From positions 84,676-148,675 of the forward strand of contig PBHC01000012.1 in the NCBI GenBank assembly GCA_002719295.1: a DNA stretch of 64,000 bases, in the 5' to 3' direction. This stretch comes from Chloroflexota bacterium (GTDB lineage Bacteria; Chloroflexota; Dehalococcoidia; Lucifugimonadales; Lucifugimonadaceae). The notes beneath the pieces were generated by a model that saw only the letters and a program-made list of their open reading frames with translations, was not told the DNA's origin and ran no database searches. Both the position numbers and the translations under genes were made by a program. Of this stretch, positions 9,305-19,300 are shown in pieces. The first letter of the stretch is position 1; each line of letters begins with the position of its first letter.

Positions 9305-10876
9305 TCAAGGTAAATATTTTGTATTTTTATCAAAAGGATACAAATTTTTTCTAATATTTTTGTACTCAAAAAAAGAAAGATCTGAAGTTGTAACTCCAGG
9401 AGAATTTACTAAAATTATTTCTGCAGCTATGGGTTGGTAGGCAGGCCTTGGCGAGCTGACTCCTTTTGCTACAACTATTTTATAATTTTCTGGATATATG
9501 CCCATTGAATACATTTGTTCTCTGGCTGTATTTCCACTTCTTTTTGAAGTAATTAAAATCGTCATTCCATCATCAGTATCAAATCTCACTCTTTTACCGT
9601 CATCAAAATACCTAAATCCTCCATGATTTGGTCTATGTTCCTCATATTTACCACCGTCAATTTTTTTTATAGTTCCATGCAAATTAATTGGACTCCCGTG
9701 CATTTGATCAATTTTTCCACCCACTGAAATGGAAATATGTGAACCTTCTCCTGCTGATACACACTGATTTACTACATCTGGATCACATAAACTTTGCAAA
9801 AAGTCTTTTATATTTAATTCCTTTGCTCTCTTAAGTATGTGTGTTGAATCTGCAGTCGATCCTCCTCCAATATTATCTCCTACATCCATTAGAACTATAG
9901 GGCCTAAGTGTGAATGATCATTTTCTTTTGATTCCTCAAGAGCTTGACCGTCATTAGGGACAAAATTCTCTTTTCCTTTTGGCTTTGGTCCTATATAAAT
10001 TTCTTTTGCTATTTTTAATGATTCATCTATAGTTGGCACAGGTTTGTTCAGTTCTTCTCTTTTCCCCCATGCTTTTTTTGAAAGCTTTTTGGAAATTTCT
10101 TTTGCTAAATCTATATTATTATCAGTTATAGTTATCCAAGACATCCCCATTTCTATTACATCAGCGTAGGGATATCCTTCAGAAATAGAAGTATCTAATA
10201 CTTTTTCAATTAAATTAGCTTCGATGCAGTCCTCTACAAGACCTTTCATAGGTTCTTGTCCTGTAAATTGTTTGACAATATTTACTAACATTGGCGGAGT
10301 TTCTATGAATTGAGTTGGGATTATTTCTTTTTTTATAGCCTTTACAATTAATTCAGCACACTTGAGAGCTCTTGGTTTAGCGTCTAAATGAGGACAAGTT
10401 CTCCAAACTATGCACACATCTGTATTTTCAACTGTATCTTTTGAAATATTGGCATGCATATCTAAAGTAATACCGACAGGTACTTTAATTCCTACTATTT
10501 CCCTAACTTTCTTAGTGAAATCAGCATCCATGTCAGGATATTCTTCAGAAACAGCGGCTCCATGATTTGCTATTAGGACACCGTCCCATGGGCCTTCATT
10601 TTTTAGCATTTCTAACATTTCATTTGAAAGTCTCTTATAAGCTTCTTTTGTAATTATTCCGATTGGACCTGTATTTGCATACATCAATGGAACTAATTCG
10701 AAGTCAAATATCTTAGATGCTTCAATGTAACCGGCAATTGTATAATTTGATTTTTCAAAGTGTTTTATTATTTCTTGCTTACGTTTTATTTCTTTTTTTT
10801 CAAACTCTTCATAAGTTGCAGGGATTGTTGAAAAAGTATTTGTTTCGTGTGAAATACCAAGAGTTGCTATTCTCAT
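9305..10876 (-). CDS. M81-family metallopeptidase (MlrC-like)
   Basis: 523 aa. The MRIATLGISHETNTFS N-terminus is characteristic of MlrC/DUF1485 proteins, and the length fits the two-domain architecture. Confidence 0.8.
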   Translation of the reverse strand: MRIATLGISHETNTFSTIPATYEEFEKKEIKRKQEIIKHFEKSNYTIAGYIEASKIFDFELVPLMYANTGPIGIITKEAYKRLSNEMLEMLKNEGPWDGVLIANHGAAVSEEYPDMDADFTKKVREIVGIKVPVGITLDMHANISKDTVENTDVCIVWRTCPHLDAKPRALKCAELIVKAIKKEIIPTQFIETPPMLVNIVKQFTGQEPMKGLVEDCIEANLIEKVLDTSISEGYPYADVIEMGMSWITITDNNIDLAKEISKKLSKKAWGKREELNKPVPTIDESLKIAKEIYIGPKPKGKENFVPNDGQALEESKENDHSHLGPIVLMDVGDNIGGGSTADSTHILKRAKELNIKDFLQSLCDPDVVNQCVSAGEGSHISISVGGKIDQMHGSPINLHGTIKKIDGGKYEEHRPNHGGFRYFDDGKRVRFDTDDGMTILITSKRSGNTAREQMYSMGIYPENYKIVVAKGVSSPRPAYQPIAAEIILVNSPGVTTSDLSFFEYKNIRKNLYPFDKNTKYLP

Positions 10877-10929
10877 AACTTTCTTTACCTTCTTTTTAAT
10901 ATAATGTATTTAAATTGTTTTAAATAATT

Positions 10930-11175
10930 ATGTCCAAAGAAAAAAAAATTTCAATTGATATACATGGTTTTAGAGCTCTAGAAGCTAGAAATGCTATAGA
11001 AGATCATATTTTAGAGTGTGTAAATCAGAATTATTCACAAGTGAGAATTGTTCATGGACATGGATCTGGAGTTCTAAAAAGAATTACAGAGGAAGTATTA
11101 TATTCTTCAGAATATGTTAAGGATTTTTATCCAGATCATACTTTTGGAGTTACAATTGGAAATTTGAAATATTAA
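10930..11175 (+). CDS. Minimal stand-alone Smr-domain protein
   Basis: 81 aa. IDIHGFRALEARNAIEDHI ... VRIVHGHGSGVLK matches the Smr (small MutS-related) domain core. Confidence 0.8.
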   Translation: MSKEKKISIDIHGFRALEARNAIEDHILECVNQNYSQVRIVHGHGSGVLKRITEEVLYSSEYVKDFYPDHTFGVTIGNLKY

Positions 11176-11267
11176 GACTTAATAATAATTGCAACAATTG
11201 CACCTATTGCAAACCATAGAGTCCATCTAAACCACCAAAATTTATATAATTCTTTAAACTTTTCCAT
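11172..11267 (-). CDS. Candidate 31-aa single-TM micro-protein (not in ORF track)
   Basis: My own translation gives MEKFKELYKFWWFRWTLWFAIGAIVAIIIKS*. Its ATG lies 14 nt inside the 3' end of the nitronate monooxygenase gene in another frame. Its stop overlaps the convergent Smr stop. Confidence 0.25.
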   Translation of the reverse strand: MEKFKELYKFWWFRWTLWFAIGAIVAIIIKS

Positions 11268-12234
11268 TATTTAATCCTTTTGTTTTGTTATTAAGGTCTT
11301 CTAAAGCTTTTTCTAGCTCTTCTTCAAGATCATTTACCACATTTTCAACTGATGTAATATCTCGTATCCTGCCTATTCCTTGCCCAGAGCCCCAAATATC
11401 TTTCCAGGTCTTTGGTTTTTCCGGATTATCAAAACTCATTTGATCTTTTGATCCTTCTTCTAAAGAATCAGGATTTAATCCAGAATTTTCTATAGAACCT
11501 CTGAGATAATTGCCATGAATTCCAGAAAAAAAAGAAGTATATATAACATCTTTTGCAGTGCTGTCCAAAATCATTTTTTTATACATTTCATTTGCATTTG
11601 CTTCTATTGTCGGTATAAATCTTGATCCAATATATGCAAGATCTGCTCCTAATGCTAAAGCAGATGCAATTGAATATCCATCTCCTATAGCTCCTGATAA
11701 TAGTATGGTTCCTTTGAACCATTCTTTTACCTCTCTAAGCAATGCAAATGGAGATAGATTTCCAGCATGTCCACCAGCACCTGAGCAAACTAGAATTAGT
11801 CCATCTACTCCTAACTCAGCAGCTTTTTTTGCATGCCTTACACTGATTACATCGTGGTAAACGATTCCACCGTAACTATGGGCAGCTTCAATGATTTCAT
11901 CAGGAGGCCTTAAGCTAGTAATAATTATAGGAACTTTATGATCAACACAAGTTTCCATGTCTGAAATAAGTCGTTTATTTGATTTGTGACATATTTGATT
12001 TACAGCAAATGGAGCCACTAATTTGTCAGGATTATTTGATTTATATTCTTCTAAATCTTCTTTTATTTGATTTATCCAATCATTTAGACTTTCAGGCGCT
12101 CTGGCATTAAGAGCAGGAAAAGAACCTATTATTCCAGATTTACACTGATTTGCAACTAACTTAGGGTTAGAAACTGTAAACATAGGAGATGCCACAATAG
12201 GTAACCTTAAATTAAAACTATTTATTTTATACAT
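11254..12234 (-). CDS. Nitronate monooxygenase / FabK-like FMN oxidoreductase family
   Basis: 326 aa. IVASPMFTVSNP, GIIGSFPALN and VCSGAGGHAG motifs are typical of the NMO (2-nitropropane dioxygenase) family. Confidence 0.85.
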   Translation of the reverse strand: MYKINSFNLRLPIVASPMFTVSNPKLVANQCKSGIIGSFPALNARAPESLNDWINQIKEDLEEYKSNNPDKLVAPFAVNQICHKSNKRLISDMETCVDHKVPIIITSLRPPDEIIEAAHSYGGIVYHDVISVRHAKKAAELGVDGLILVCSGAGGHAGNLSPFALLREVKEWFKGTILLSGAIGDGYSIASALALGADLAYIGSRFIPTIEANANEMYKKMILDSTAKDVIYTSFFSGIHGNYLRGSIENSGLNPDSLEEGSKDQMSFDNPEKPKTWKDIWGSGQGIGRIRDITSVENVVNDLEEELEKALEDLNNKTKGLNNGKV

Positions 12235-12338
12235 AATAATAGAATAATATATCTCATAATGTTAATGATATTCTACTTACTGCTTTTCTTAACAAAATCT
12301 TCATAAAACTAATATAAAATTTAATTACATATTATTTT

Positions 12339-14432
12339 TTGGAGATTATTTTGCAAAATTCGAATGATATAGATAAATTGATTGCAGATTCTCAAAGTAG
12401 ATTCGGTAAAAAATTTATTTATGGTTTTAGCCTATTAGTAATTTTATTAATTGTTTTAATGTCAGGTTTTTATTTTTTTACTTCTGAAAATGATTCTCAA
12501 ATTATTTCTTATGAAGAATATAAAATTCAAAAAGGAAGCATAGCAAATACTCTTATTGCTTCTGGGAGCACTCAAATTGATAAAAAGATTTCTTTAGCAT
12601 TTGGTACTAGTGGGAAATTAAATCAAATTTTAGTAGAAGAAGGTGATATTGTAACGGAGGGACAGCTATTAGCGGAACTTGATTCTAATGATTTGAAAAA
12701 TGCATTAGAAAGGCAGGAATTGCAATTAAAAAAATTACTCAATTATCCCTCAGAAGAAGATTTGAAAAATGCAGAATATCTGGTTAGTCAAGCTGAAAAA
12801 TCTTTAAATGATTTGTTGGAATATCCAACATTAGAACAGTTAAGAACAGCAGAAGAACTATTGAGTCAAGCTGAGGCTAATTTTATATTAGCACAAGAGA
12901 ACTTTGACGAATTGATGGTTCCAACTGATTCTCAATTTGATGCAGTAATAAAAATTATTGAACAAGCAGAGCAATCTTTATCAAATTCAAATTTGCTTCT
13001 AGAAAATGCAAAAAGAAGTGTTGATAATTCTAAAATTTCACTTACAGAATCAGTTAATAATTATTGTGATGTAGATTCTTTGCCAAGTAGAAAAGATGTA
13101 TGTGTTGAAATTTCAAATTATCCAATAAATAAATCTATTACTGATTCAATTTTAGATGAAATTTTCAAATGTTGTGATGCCAATACGACGGAAATGAATT
13201 TATCAAAAGCATTAATTAATTCAAACTCAAATTACCAGTCTTCTATTGAACAAGTAGATGTTTATTTAGATCAAGTTGAAAGTTCTACTGCAAGCTTAAA
13301 GGACGCAAATAATACCTTAAATAATTTAAGAAATCCTTCAACCAATGATATTGAAAGATTAACCAAACTTGAAGATCAAGCTGAAAAAAATTTACAAAAA
13401 AGACTCTTTGCCTTATCTGATATGCAAAAAGGAGCTGATTCAGAAGACATTAAGTTAGCTGAAGAAAATTTAGCAAAGTTGAAATTATCTTTAAAAAGAA
13501 TTCAGAACGGAACAGATGCCAATGATATAGAAATACAACGTTTGTTGGTTGACCAAGCTAAAGAGAACTTATCAAAGACGCAAATTACAGCCTTATTCGA
13601 TGGGCAAATTTCTTCAATAAATTTTAAGCAAGGAGAATTTATAACATCTGGTCAAAGTATGTTTACTTTATCTGATCCATCTACAATGCAAATGGATATA
13701 ATTGCATCAGAAGCAGAATTTGTAGAGATGAATCCTGGTATGTATGGGCTTGTGTCATTAGATTCTAAACCTTTCCCGCCATCTCTTATTCAAATAACAT
13801 CTATTTCAAATGTTCCGAATGTTACTCAAGGAATTGTGACTTATCCAGTAGAAGCAAGATTTATTAGAGGTTTTGAAGTGTTAACTGTAATGCAGCAATT
13901 TACTCCATTATTAGATTCTTTTTCAGGAATGGATTTAAGTAACATTCCTGGAATTGGTGGAATACCTGGAATGGCTGGAATTCCTGGAATGGAAGCCCCT
14001 AGTGCGAATAGAAGACCTGGAATGCCTAGAATGGGAGCAAATAATCTAGGAAATAATGAAATACAAGAATTACAAGGTATGTTATCTACTTTGCTTTCTG
14101 AAGAACTTCCTGCAGAAGGTATGAATGGAACAGTTACATTGCTCAAAGATTCAGTCCAGGATGTATTAGTTGTACCTTCAGATGCTTTAGTTGTAGATAA
14201 TAATAAAACAAATGTGATTACATCTATATCGGATACTGAAAAAGAATACACAGAAGTTAAGACAGGATTAACCGATGGTAAGCAGACAGAAATTTTAGAG
14301 GGATTATTAGAAAATGATTCAATTTACATTAAAAGAATAGGACAAATAATTCAAGAAAAGGAAGAATCAACTAAATCTATCGAGGAACTTACTAAGGGTA
14401 AACCCCCAATGCCAAGAGGTGGTAAAAAATGA
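12339..14432 (+). CDS. HlyD/MacA/YknX-type periplasmic adaptor, unusually long (697 aa)
   Basis: N-terminal TM anchor, lipoyl-like GDIVTEGQLLAELD, a very long heptad-rich helical region, then a beta-barrel/membrane-proximal region. The likely true start is the in-frame TTG at 12351, 6 nt after GGAG at 12341-12344. 4-nt overlap with the downstream ABC ATPase. Confidence 0.8.
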   Translation: MEIILQNSNDIDKLIADSQSRFGKKFIYGFSLLVILLIVLMSGFYFFTSENDSQIISYEEYKIQKGSIANTLIASGSTQIDKKISLAFGTSGKLNQILVEEGDIVTEGQLLAELDSNDLKNALERQELQLKKLLNYPSEEDLKNAEYLVSQAEKSLNDLLEYPTLEQLRTAEELLSQAEANFILAQENFDELMVPTDSQFDAVIKIIEQAEQSLSNSNLLLENAKRSVDNSKISLTESVNNYCDVDSLPSRKDVCVEISNYPINKSITDSILDEIFKCCDANTTEMNLSKALINSNSNYQSSIEQVDVYLDQVESSTASLKDANNTLNNLRNPSTNDIERLTKLEDQAEKNLQKRLFALSDMQKGADSEDIKLAEENLAKLKLSLKRIQNGTDANDIEIQRLLVDQAKENLSKTQITALFDGQISSINFKQGEFITSGQSMFTLSDPSTMQMDIIASEAEFVEMNPGMYGLVSLDSKPFPPSLIQITSISNVPNVTQGIVTYPVEARFIRGFEVLTVMQQFTPLLDSFSGMDLSNIPGIGGIPGMAGIPGMEAPSANRRPGMPRMGANNLGNNEIQELQGMLSTLLSEELPAEGMNGTVTLLKDSVQDVLVVPSDALVVDNNKTNVITSISDTEKEYTEVKTGLTDGKQTEILEGLLENDSIYIKRIGQIIQEKEESTKSIEELTKGKPPMPRGGKK
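13944..13997. repeat. Three in-frame tandem copies of an 18-nt unit (ATWCCTGGAATKGVWGSM) encoding IPGIGG/IPGMAG/IPGMEA
   Basis: Read directly: attcctggaattggtgga / atacctggaatggctgga / attcctggaatggaagcc. A fourth CCTGGAATG occurs at 14015. Confidence 0.9.
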
Positions 14433-15088
14433 TTGAACTATCAAATATTTCTAAAATTTTTGATACCGGTTTTAATCAGGTAAATGCTCTATCAGAAATA
14501 GACATTAAGATAGATCAGGGTGAGTTTATTGCAATTAAAGGACCTTCTGGCTCAGGCAAAAGTACTATGATGAACATTATTGGTTTACTAGATCGCCCAA
14601 CAACAGGTAAATATTTACTTGGTAATAACGATGTTTCTACTCTTAATGATAATAAAAGATCATTAATACGTAGAAATGTTTTTGGTTTTGTTTTTCAAAA
14701 CTATAACTTAATTCCCAGACTTTCAGCTGTAAGGCAAGTTGAAATGCCGTTAATTTATAGAAAAGATAAAGATAAAAGAAAAAAATCTATTTTGGCCTTG
14801 AGTAAACTTGGATTAGCAGAGAGAATTTTTCATTCTCCTGTAAAACTTTCAGGAGGAGAACAACAGAGAGTTTCTATAGCTAGAGCATTAGTTGGAGAAC
14901 CTAAAGTTATACTAGCTGATGAACCTACAGGTGCTCTTGATTCCAAAACTGGGGAGGAAATAATACAAATTTTTAAGTCTTTGTCTGATGATGGAATTAC
15001 CGTAATTATGATTACACATGATCATTTAGTAGCTAGTAAAGCTCAGAGAATAATTGAAATGAAAGATGGAATGATAATTGAGGAGTAA
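14429..15088 (+). CDS. ABC transporter ATP-binding protein (MacB/LolD/YknY type)
   Basis: Walker A GPSGSGKST, signature LSGGEQQRVSIARAL, Walker B ILADEPTGALD, H-loop ITHD. Confidence 0.95.
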   Translation: MIELSNISKIFDTGFNQVNALSEIDIKIDQGEFIAIKGPSGSGKSTMMNIIGLLDRPTTGKYLLGNNDVSTLNDNKRSLIRRNVFGFVFQNYNLIPRLSAVRQVEMPLIYRKDKDKRKKSILALSKLGLAERIFHSPVKLSGGEQQRVSIARALVGEPKVILADEPTGALDSKTGEEIIQIFKSLSDDGITVIMITHDHLVASKAQRIIEMKDGMIIEE

Positions 15089-15091
15089 TTT

Positions 15092-16345
15092 TTGAATATT
15101 TTCGATGCAATAAATTTTGCCTTTAGATCAATTATTTCAACTCCACTAAGAAGTGGGCTTACTGCATTGGGTGTAATTGTGGGTGTAACCTCTGTAATCG
15201 TACTTGTTTCTTTGGGAGAGGGGATAAAAAGACAAGTAGAAGAAGAAATTACGGCATTAGGAACCAATCTATTATTTATTACGGCAAGTTCGGATGATTC
15301 TTCCACAGGAGTTTCTGGGGGCAGAAATTCAGGAATCTCTTTAACTTTAAGTGATTCGGAAAAATTACTTGAAAGAAATATTGAAGGTGTTAGAAATATA
15401 GCGCCTCAAATTGATTTTCCTGCTCAACTTATAGCAGGTAATTACAATACTGAAACTAATGTATATGGAACAACTCCAGAATATATAGATGTGACATCAA
15501 CAGAAGCTATAGAAGGAGAATTTATTACACAAAAAGATGTTGATACTAAAGCTCTAAGAATGGTTTTAGGATCAGAAATCTCTGAGAAACTTTTTCCTGA
15601 AGGTAATGCTGTAGGAAAAATTGTTAGACTGAGTCTATTTAATAGATTTGATTTTAGATTCGTAGTTAGTGGTGTTATGAAACCTAAAGGTGGAGAAGGG
15701 GATGATGACTTTTCAGTTTTTATTCCTGTTTCCACTATGCAAAATAGAATAGCTTTTCTAAAAAATCCTACAGGTGATGTAAATGTTTTTAGAATTTTAG
15801 TTAGATCTGAAGATGAATATGATAAATCTATTATTTCAAATTTGCTTTCAGAAAACTTAAAAGAAATTCATGGCGTAGTTGAACCTGATTTTGAAATAAC
15901 TAGTATGGATCAACTATTAGAAGCTGCGAATCAAGTTACAGGTGCATTGACTCTATTTCTTGGTTCAATAGCTGGCATTTCTCTACTAGTAGGTGCAATT
16001 GGTGTTGGTAATATAATGCTTGTTAGTGTCACTGAAAGGACTAGAGAAATAGGAACATTGAGATCTATTGGAGCAACTAAATCTGATATAAGGCTTCAAT
16101 TTATTACAGAAGCACTTACCATTTGTTTATTGGGAGGATTATTGGGTATAGTAATTGGAATAATCATTAGCTTAAATATAAGCGGAATATCTTTTGGAGA
16201 AGAAGAAAATTTGACTGCAGTTATATCGTTATCTAGCGTATTGTTAGCTTTTGTTGTTTCTTTTTTAGTTGGAATTATAAGTGGGGCATATCCAGCTTAC
16301 AGGGCATCAGAACTTGATCCTATTGAAGCTCTTAGAAGTGAATAA
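15092..16345 (+). CDS. ABC transporter permease, MacB/FtsX family
   Basis: 417 aa with an N-terminal TM, a large extracytoplasmic domain and a C-terminal FtsX-type 3-TM bundle (ERTREIGTLRSIGATKSDI). TTG start after GAGGAG. Confidence 0.9.
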   Translation: MNIFDAINFAFRSIISTPLRSGLTALGVIVGVTSVIVLVSLGEGIKRQVEEEITALGTNLLFITASSDDSSTGVSGGRNSGISLTLSDSEKLLERNIEGVRNIAPQIDFPAQLIAGNYNTETNVYGTTPEYIDVTSTEAIEGEFITQKDVDTKALRMVLGSEISEKLFPEGNAVGKIVRLSLFNRFDFRFVVSGVMKPKGGEGDDDFSVFIPVSTMQNRIAFLKNPTGDVNVFRILVRSEDEYDKSIISNLLSENLKEIHGVVEPDFEITSMDQLLEAANQVTGALTLFLGSIAGISLLVGAIGVGNIMLVSVTERTREIGTLRSIGATKSDIRLQFITEALTICLLGGLLGIVIGIIISLNISGISFGEEENLTAVISLSSVLLAFVVSFLVGIISGAYPAYRASELDPIEALRSE

Positions 16346-16348
16346 AAT

Positions 16349-19300
16349 TTATTGTTTGTAAAATACGTTCTGAAGTCCGATGATGGTGTCCAGTTTTTCT
16401 TCTAAGGATTTTGAAGTATTTACGTTTGCAAAAGGAAGATTCAGTTTAACTTTTTCTGAACTACTTTTAACAATTATTGAAACTGGTATATTTCCTTCAT
16501 TGTCTAGCAATATTCTAGTTAGATCATCCATAATATGTTTATTGCTTGAATGTTTTTCGCTATCTACAGTTATGATAACTTCTTTGACGGCATTAATATT
16601 TTCATCAGTTATTTCTTCAATTGGAGTTTTTTCATTTTTCATGTTTGGTTTATATTCCTCCTTGGTAATTATTGGTGTTTTATTTGTTAAGTTATTATTT
16701 ATATTTGATTGATCTTCAAAAGAAAAAATTTCTCCGCTGTCATACCATATAGAATTCTCACCATTTCGGTTATTTATTTTTCCTTTTATTTTTGCAATTG
16801 GACTATGAAGCCAAATATCCACTTCGCTGATTTTATTTTGCCAGACCATTAAATCAATAGGCCCGTCAGTAAGTTCTAATTTTACTATCATAAATTCTGC
16901 GCCTTTTCGAGAAACTCTTTTTTCATAAGACTTAACTTCAGCAATTAAAGTTTGAGGTTTATTAATGTCAATAAAATCTATTTGTTGCAATGAAACAATT
17001 ATTTCTTCATTAATCTCTTTTATTCTTAGCATTTTTTTATGATTAGGGTTTTCTGTAAAAGAAATCCCCATTACTTCTTGCTCCCAGTGCATTTTTTCAT
17101 TGTCCTGAGTAGCAGTTTCTGCAATTTCTATTACATTTACAGGTGTTTCTACCTCATCTCCAAATAAATCAAACATAGTACTTTGATTACTATTTCTTAA
17201 TTTTGTTAAGCTATTTATTTGTATAAGAATTCTTTCAACAGAATCTAATAATCCGCCGCGTTCTCCAAAATCATCAAAACTCCCTGATTTAATTAGACTT
17301 TCCAAAATCTTTTTATTAATCCAAGAAGAATCAATTCTTTTGCAAAAATCGCCTAATGATTCAAATGGGCCACTTTTTTTTCTTTCATCTATTATTTTAG
17401 AAAGAGATGCTGCACTAACGTTTTTCAGAGAAGACAATCCGTAGCCAATTATTTTCCCTTTTTCTGTAGATAAAATACTAAAATAAACATTTGAATTATT
17501 TATATTTGGTTTTATTATTTCAAGTTCTGTTTTTCTTATTTCACTTACACAGACCGAAATTTTATCTGTGTTGTTTATAGAAGAGTTTAATAATGCAGTA
17601 AAGTATTCTATTTTATAGTTTGCCTTAAAATAAGCAGTCCAGTATGCAATCATTGCATAGGATACACTATGAGCTTTATTGAATGCATAACCTGCAAAAG
17701 GTTCTATTAGCTCAAATACTTCATTACTAGTTTTTTCATCAAACCCTTTACTTAAGGATCCTGATATGAACCTATCTTTTTCTGCCTGCATAACCTCTTT
17801 AATTTTCTTTCCCATTGCTTTTCTCAAGATGTCTGCTTCGCCAAGTGTGTAACCTCCAAATGCTTGAGCAATTTTTAAAACCTGATCTTGATAGACTATA
17901 ATTCCATAAGTTTCAGACAAGATATCTTTTAAGGCATCGTGAGGATATTTGATTTTTTCTTTACCATATTTTGATCTAATGAATCTATCAATGTGTTCCA
18001 TTGGCCCTGGTCTATACAAGGCAATCATGGCTGCTATATCTGAAATACTACTAGGTTTTAAATCTTTTATATATTTTCTCATTCCTGCTGACTCTAATTG
18101 AAATACTCCAAAAGTATCTCCTTTTGATAACAACTCAAATGTCTTCTCGTCAGTTTTTGAAATTTCGTAAATATTGAAATCTTTGCCAGTCCTTTTTTCA
18201 ATTAGTTCTATAGTTTTACTTATAATACTTAGGTTAGTTAATCCTAAGAAATCCATCTTAAGTAAACCAACATCTGCGATTGCTGCCATAGCGTACTGAG
18301 TTGTTGGAGGGGCATTTTCTTCCCCTGATGTTGATATTTGTAAAGGAACATCATTAGTAAGATCTTCTTGTGAAATAACTACCCCTGCAGCATGTGTAGA
18401 AGCATGCCTTACTGTTCCTTCTAATTTTTGTGCAAAATCTACAACCTTTCTATTATCAGAGTCATTCATTAATGATTTAAAATCATCTATTTCAAGAGCA
18501 TCTTTAATTTTAGTTCCTGGTTTAGTTGGGATAATCCCTGCAAGTTTATCTCCTACAGAAATTGGTAAATCTAAAACTCTAGTTACATCTCTTACAGCAG
18601 CTTTAGCTCCCATAGTTCCAAAAGTTATGATCTGAGCTATATGATCTTTTCCATATCTTTCAACGCAATATTTCATCACTTCATTTCTTTTATCGTCCTC
18701 AAAATCCATATCAATATCAGGCATTTCTCTACGTTCTAAATTAAGAAATCTTTCGAAAACTAAATTGTGTTCCATAGGATTTATTTTAGTAACTTCTAAG
18801 CAGTAAAGGACTAAACTTGCTGCTGCAGAACCTCTGACTGCAGATAAAATATTCTTAGAGTTTACAAAATTAAAAATATCCCAGCAAACTAAAAAATAAT
18901 CAGGGAATTTACTTTTTTCTATAACTTCTAATTCATAATCTAATCTTTCAATTAATTCAGGGTCATTTTCATTAAATCTTTTACTAAAACCCTTGTATGA
19001 AAGCTCCCTTAAGTATTCCATTGAAGATTTATTATCAGGACAGTCATATTTTGGTAGCAATGCTTTGGTAAAATCCAGTTTGATATTACATCTTTCGCTT
19101 ATTTCTAGAGTGTTATTTAATCCAGAAGGCAATTCCTTCCATTGTTCCCACATTTCTTCAGAAGACTTTATATAATAATTGTCATCATCAAACTTAAATC
19201 TATTAGGATCATTAATATTTGAGTTAGTCTGCAAGCACATTAATAATTCATGTGCTAAATGATCTTGTTTTTCTACGTAATGATTATCGTTTGTTATTAC

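Noticed and set aside
13944-13997. The 18-nt tandem repeat as a non-coding minisatellite or degenerate CRISPR-like array
   Set aside because: The units are contiguous with no spacers, in frame, and inside a continuous adaptor-protein ORF. It is a coding repeat.
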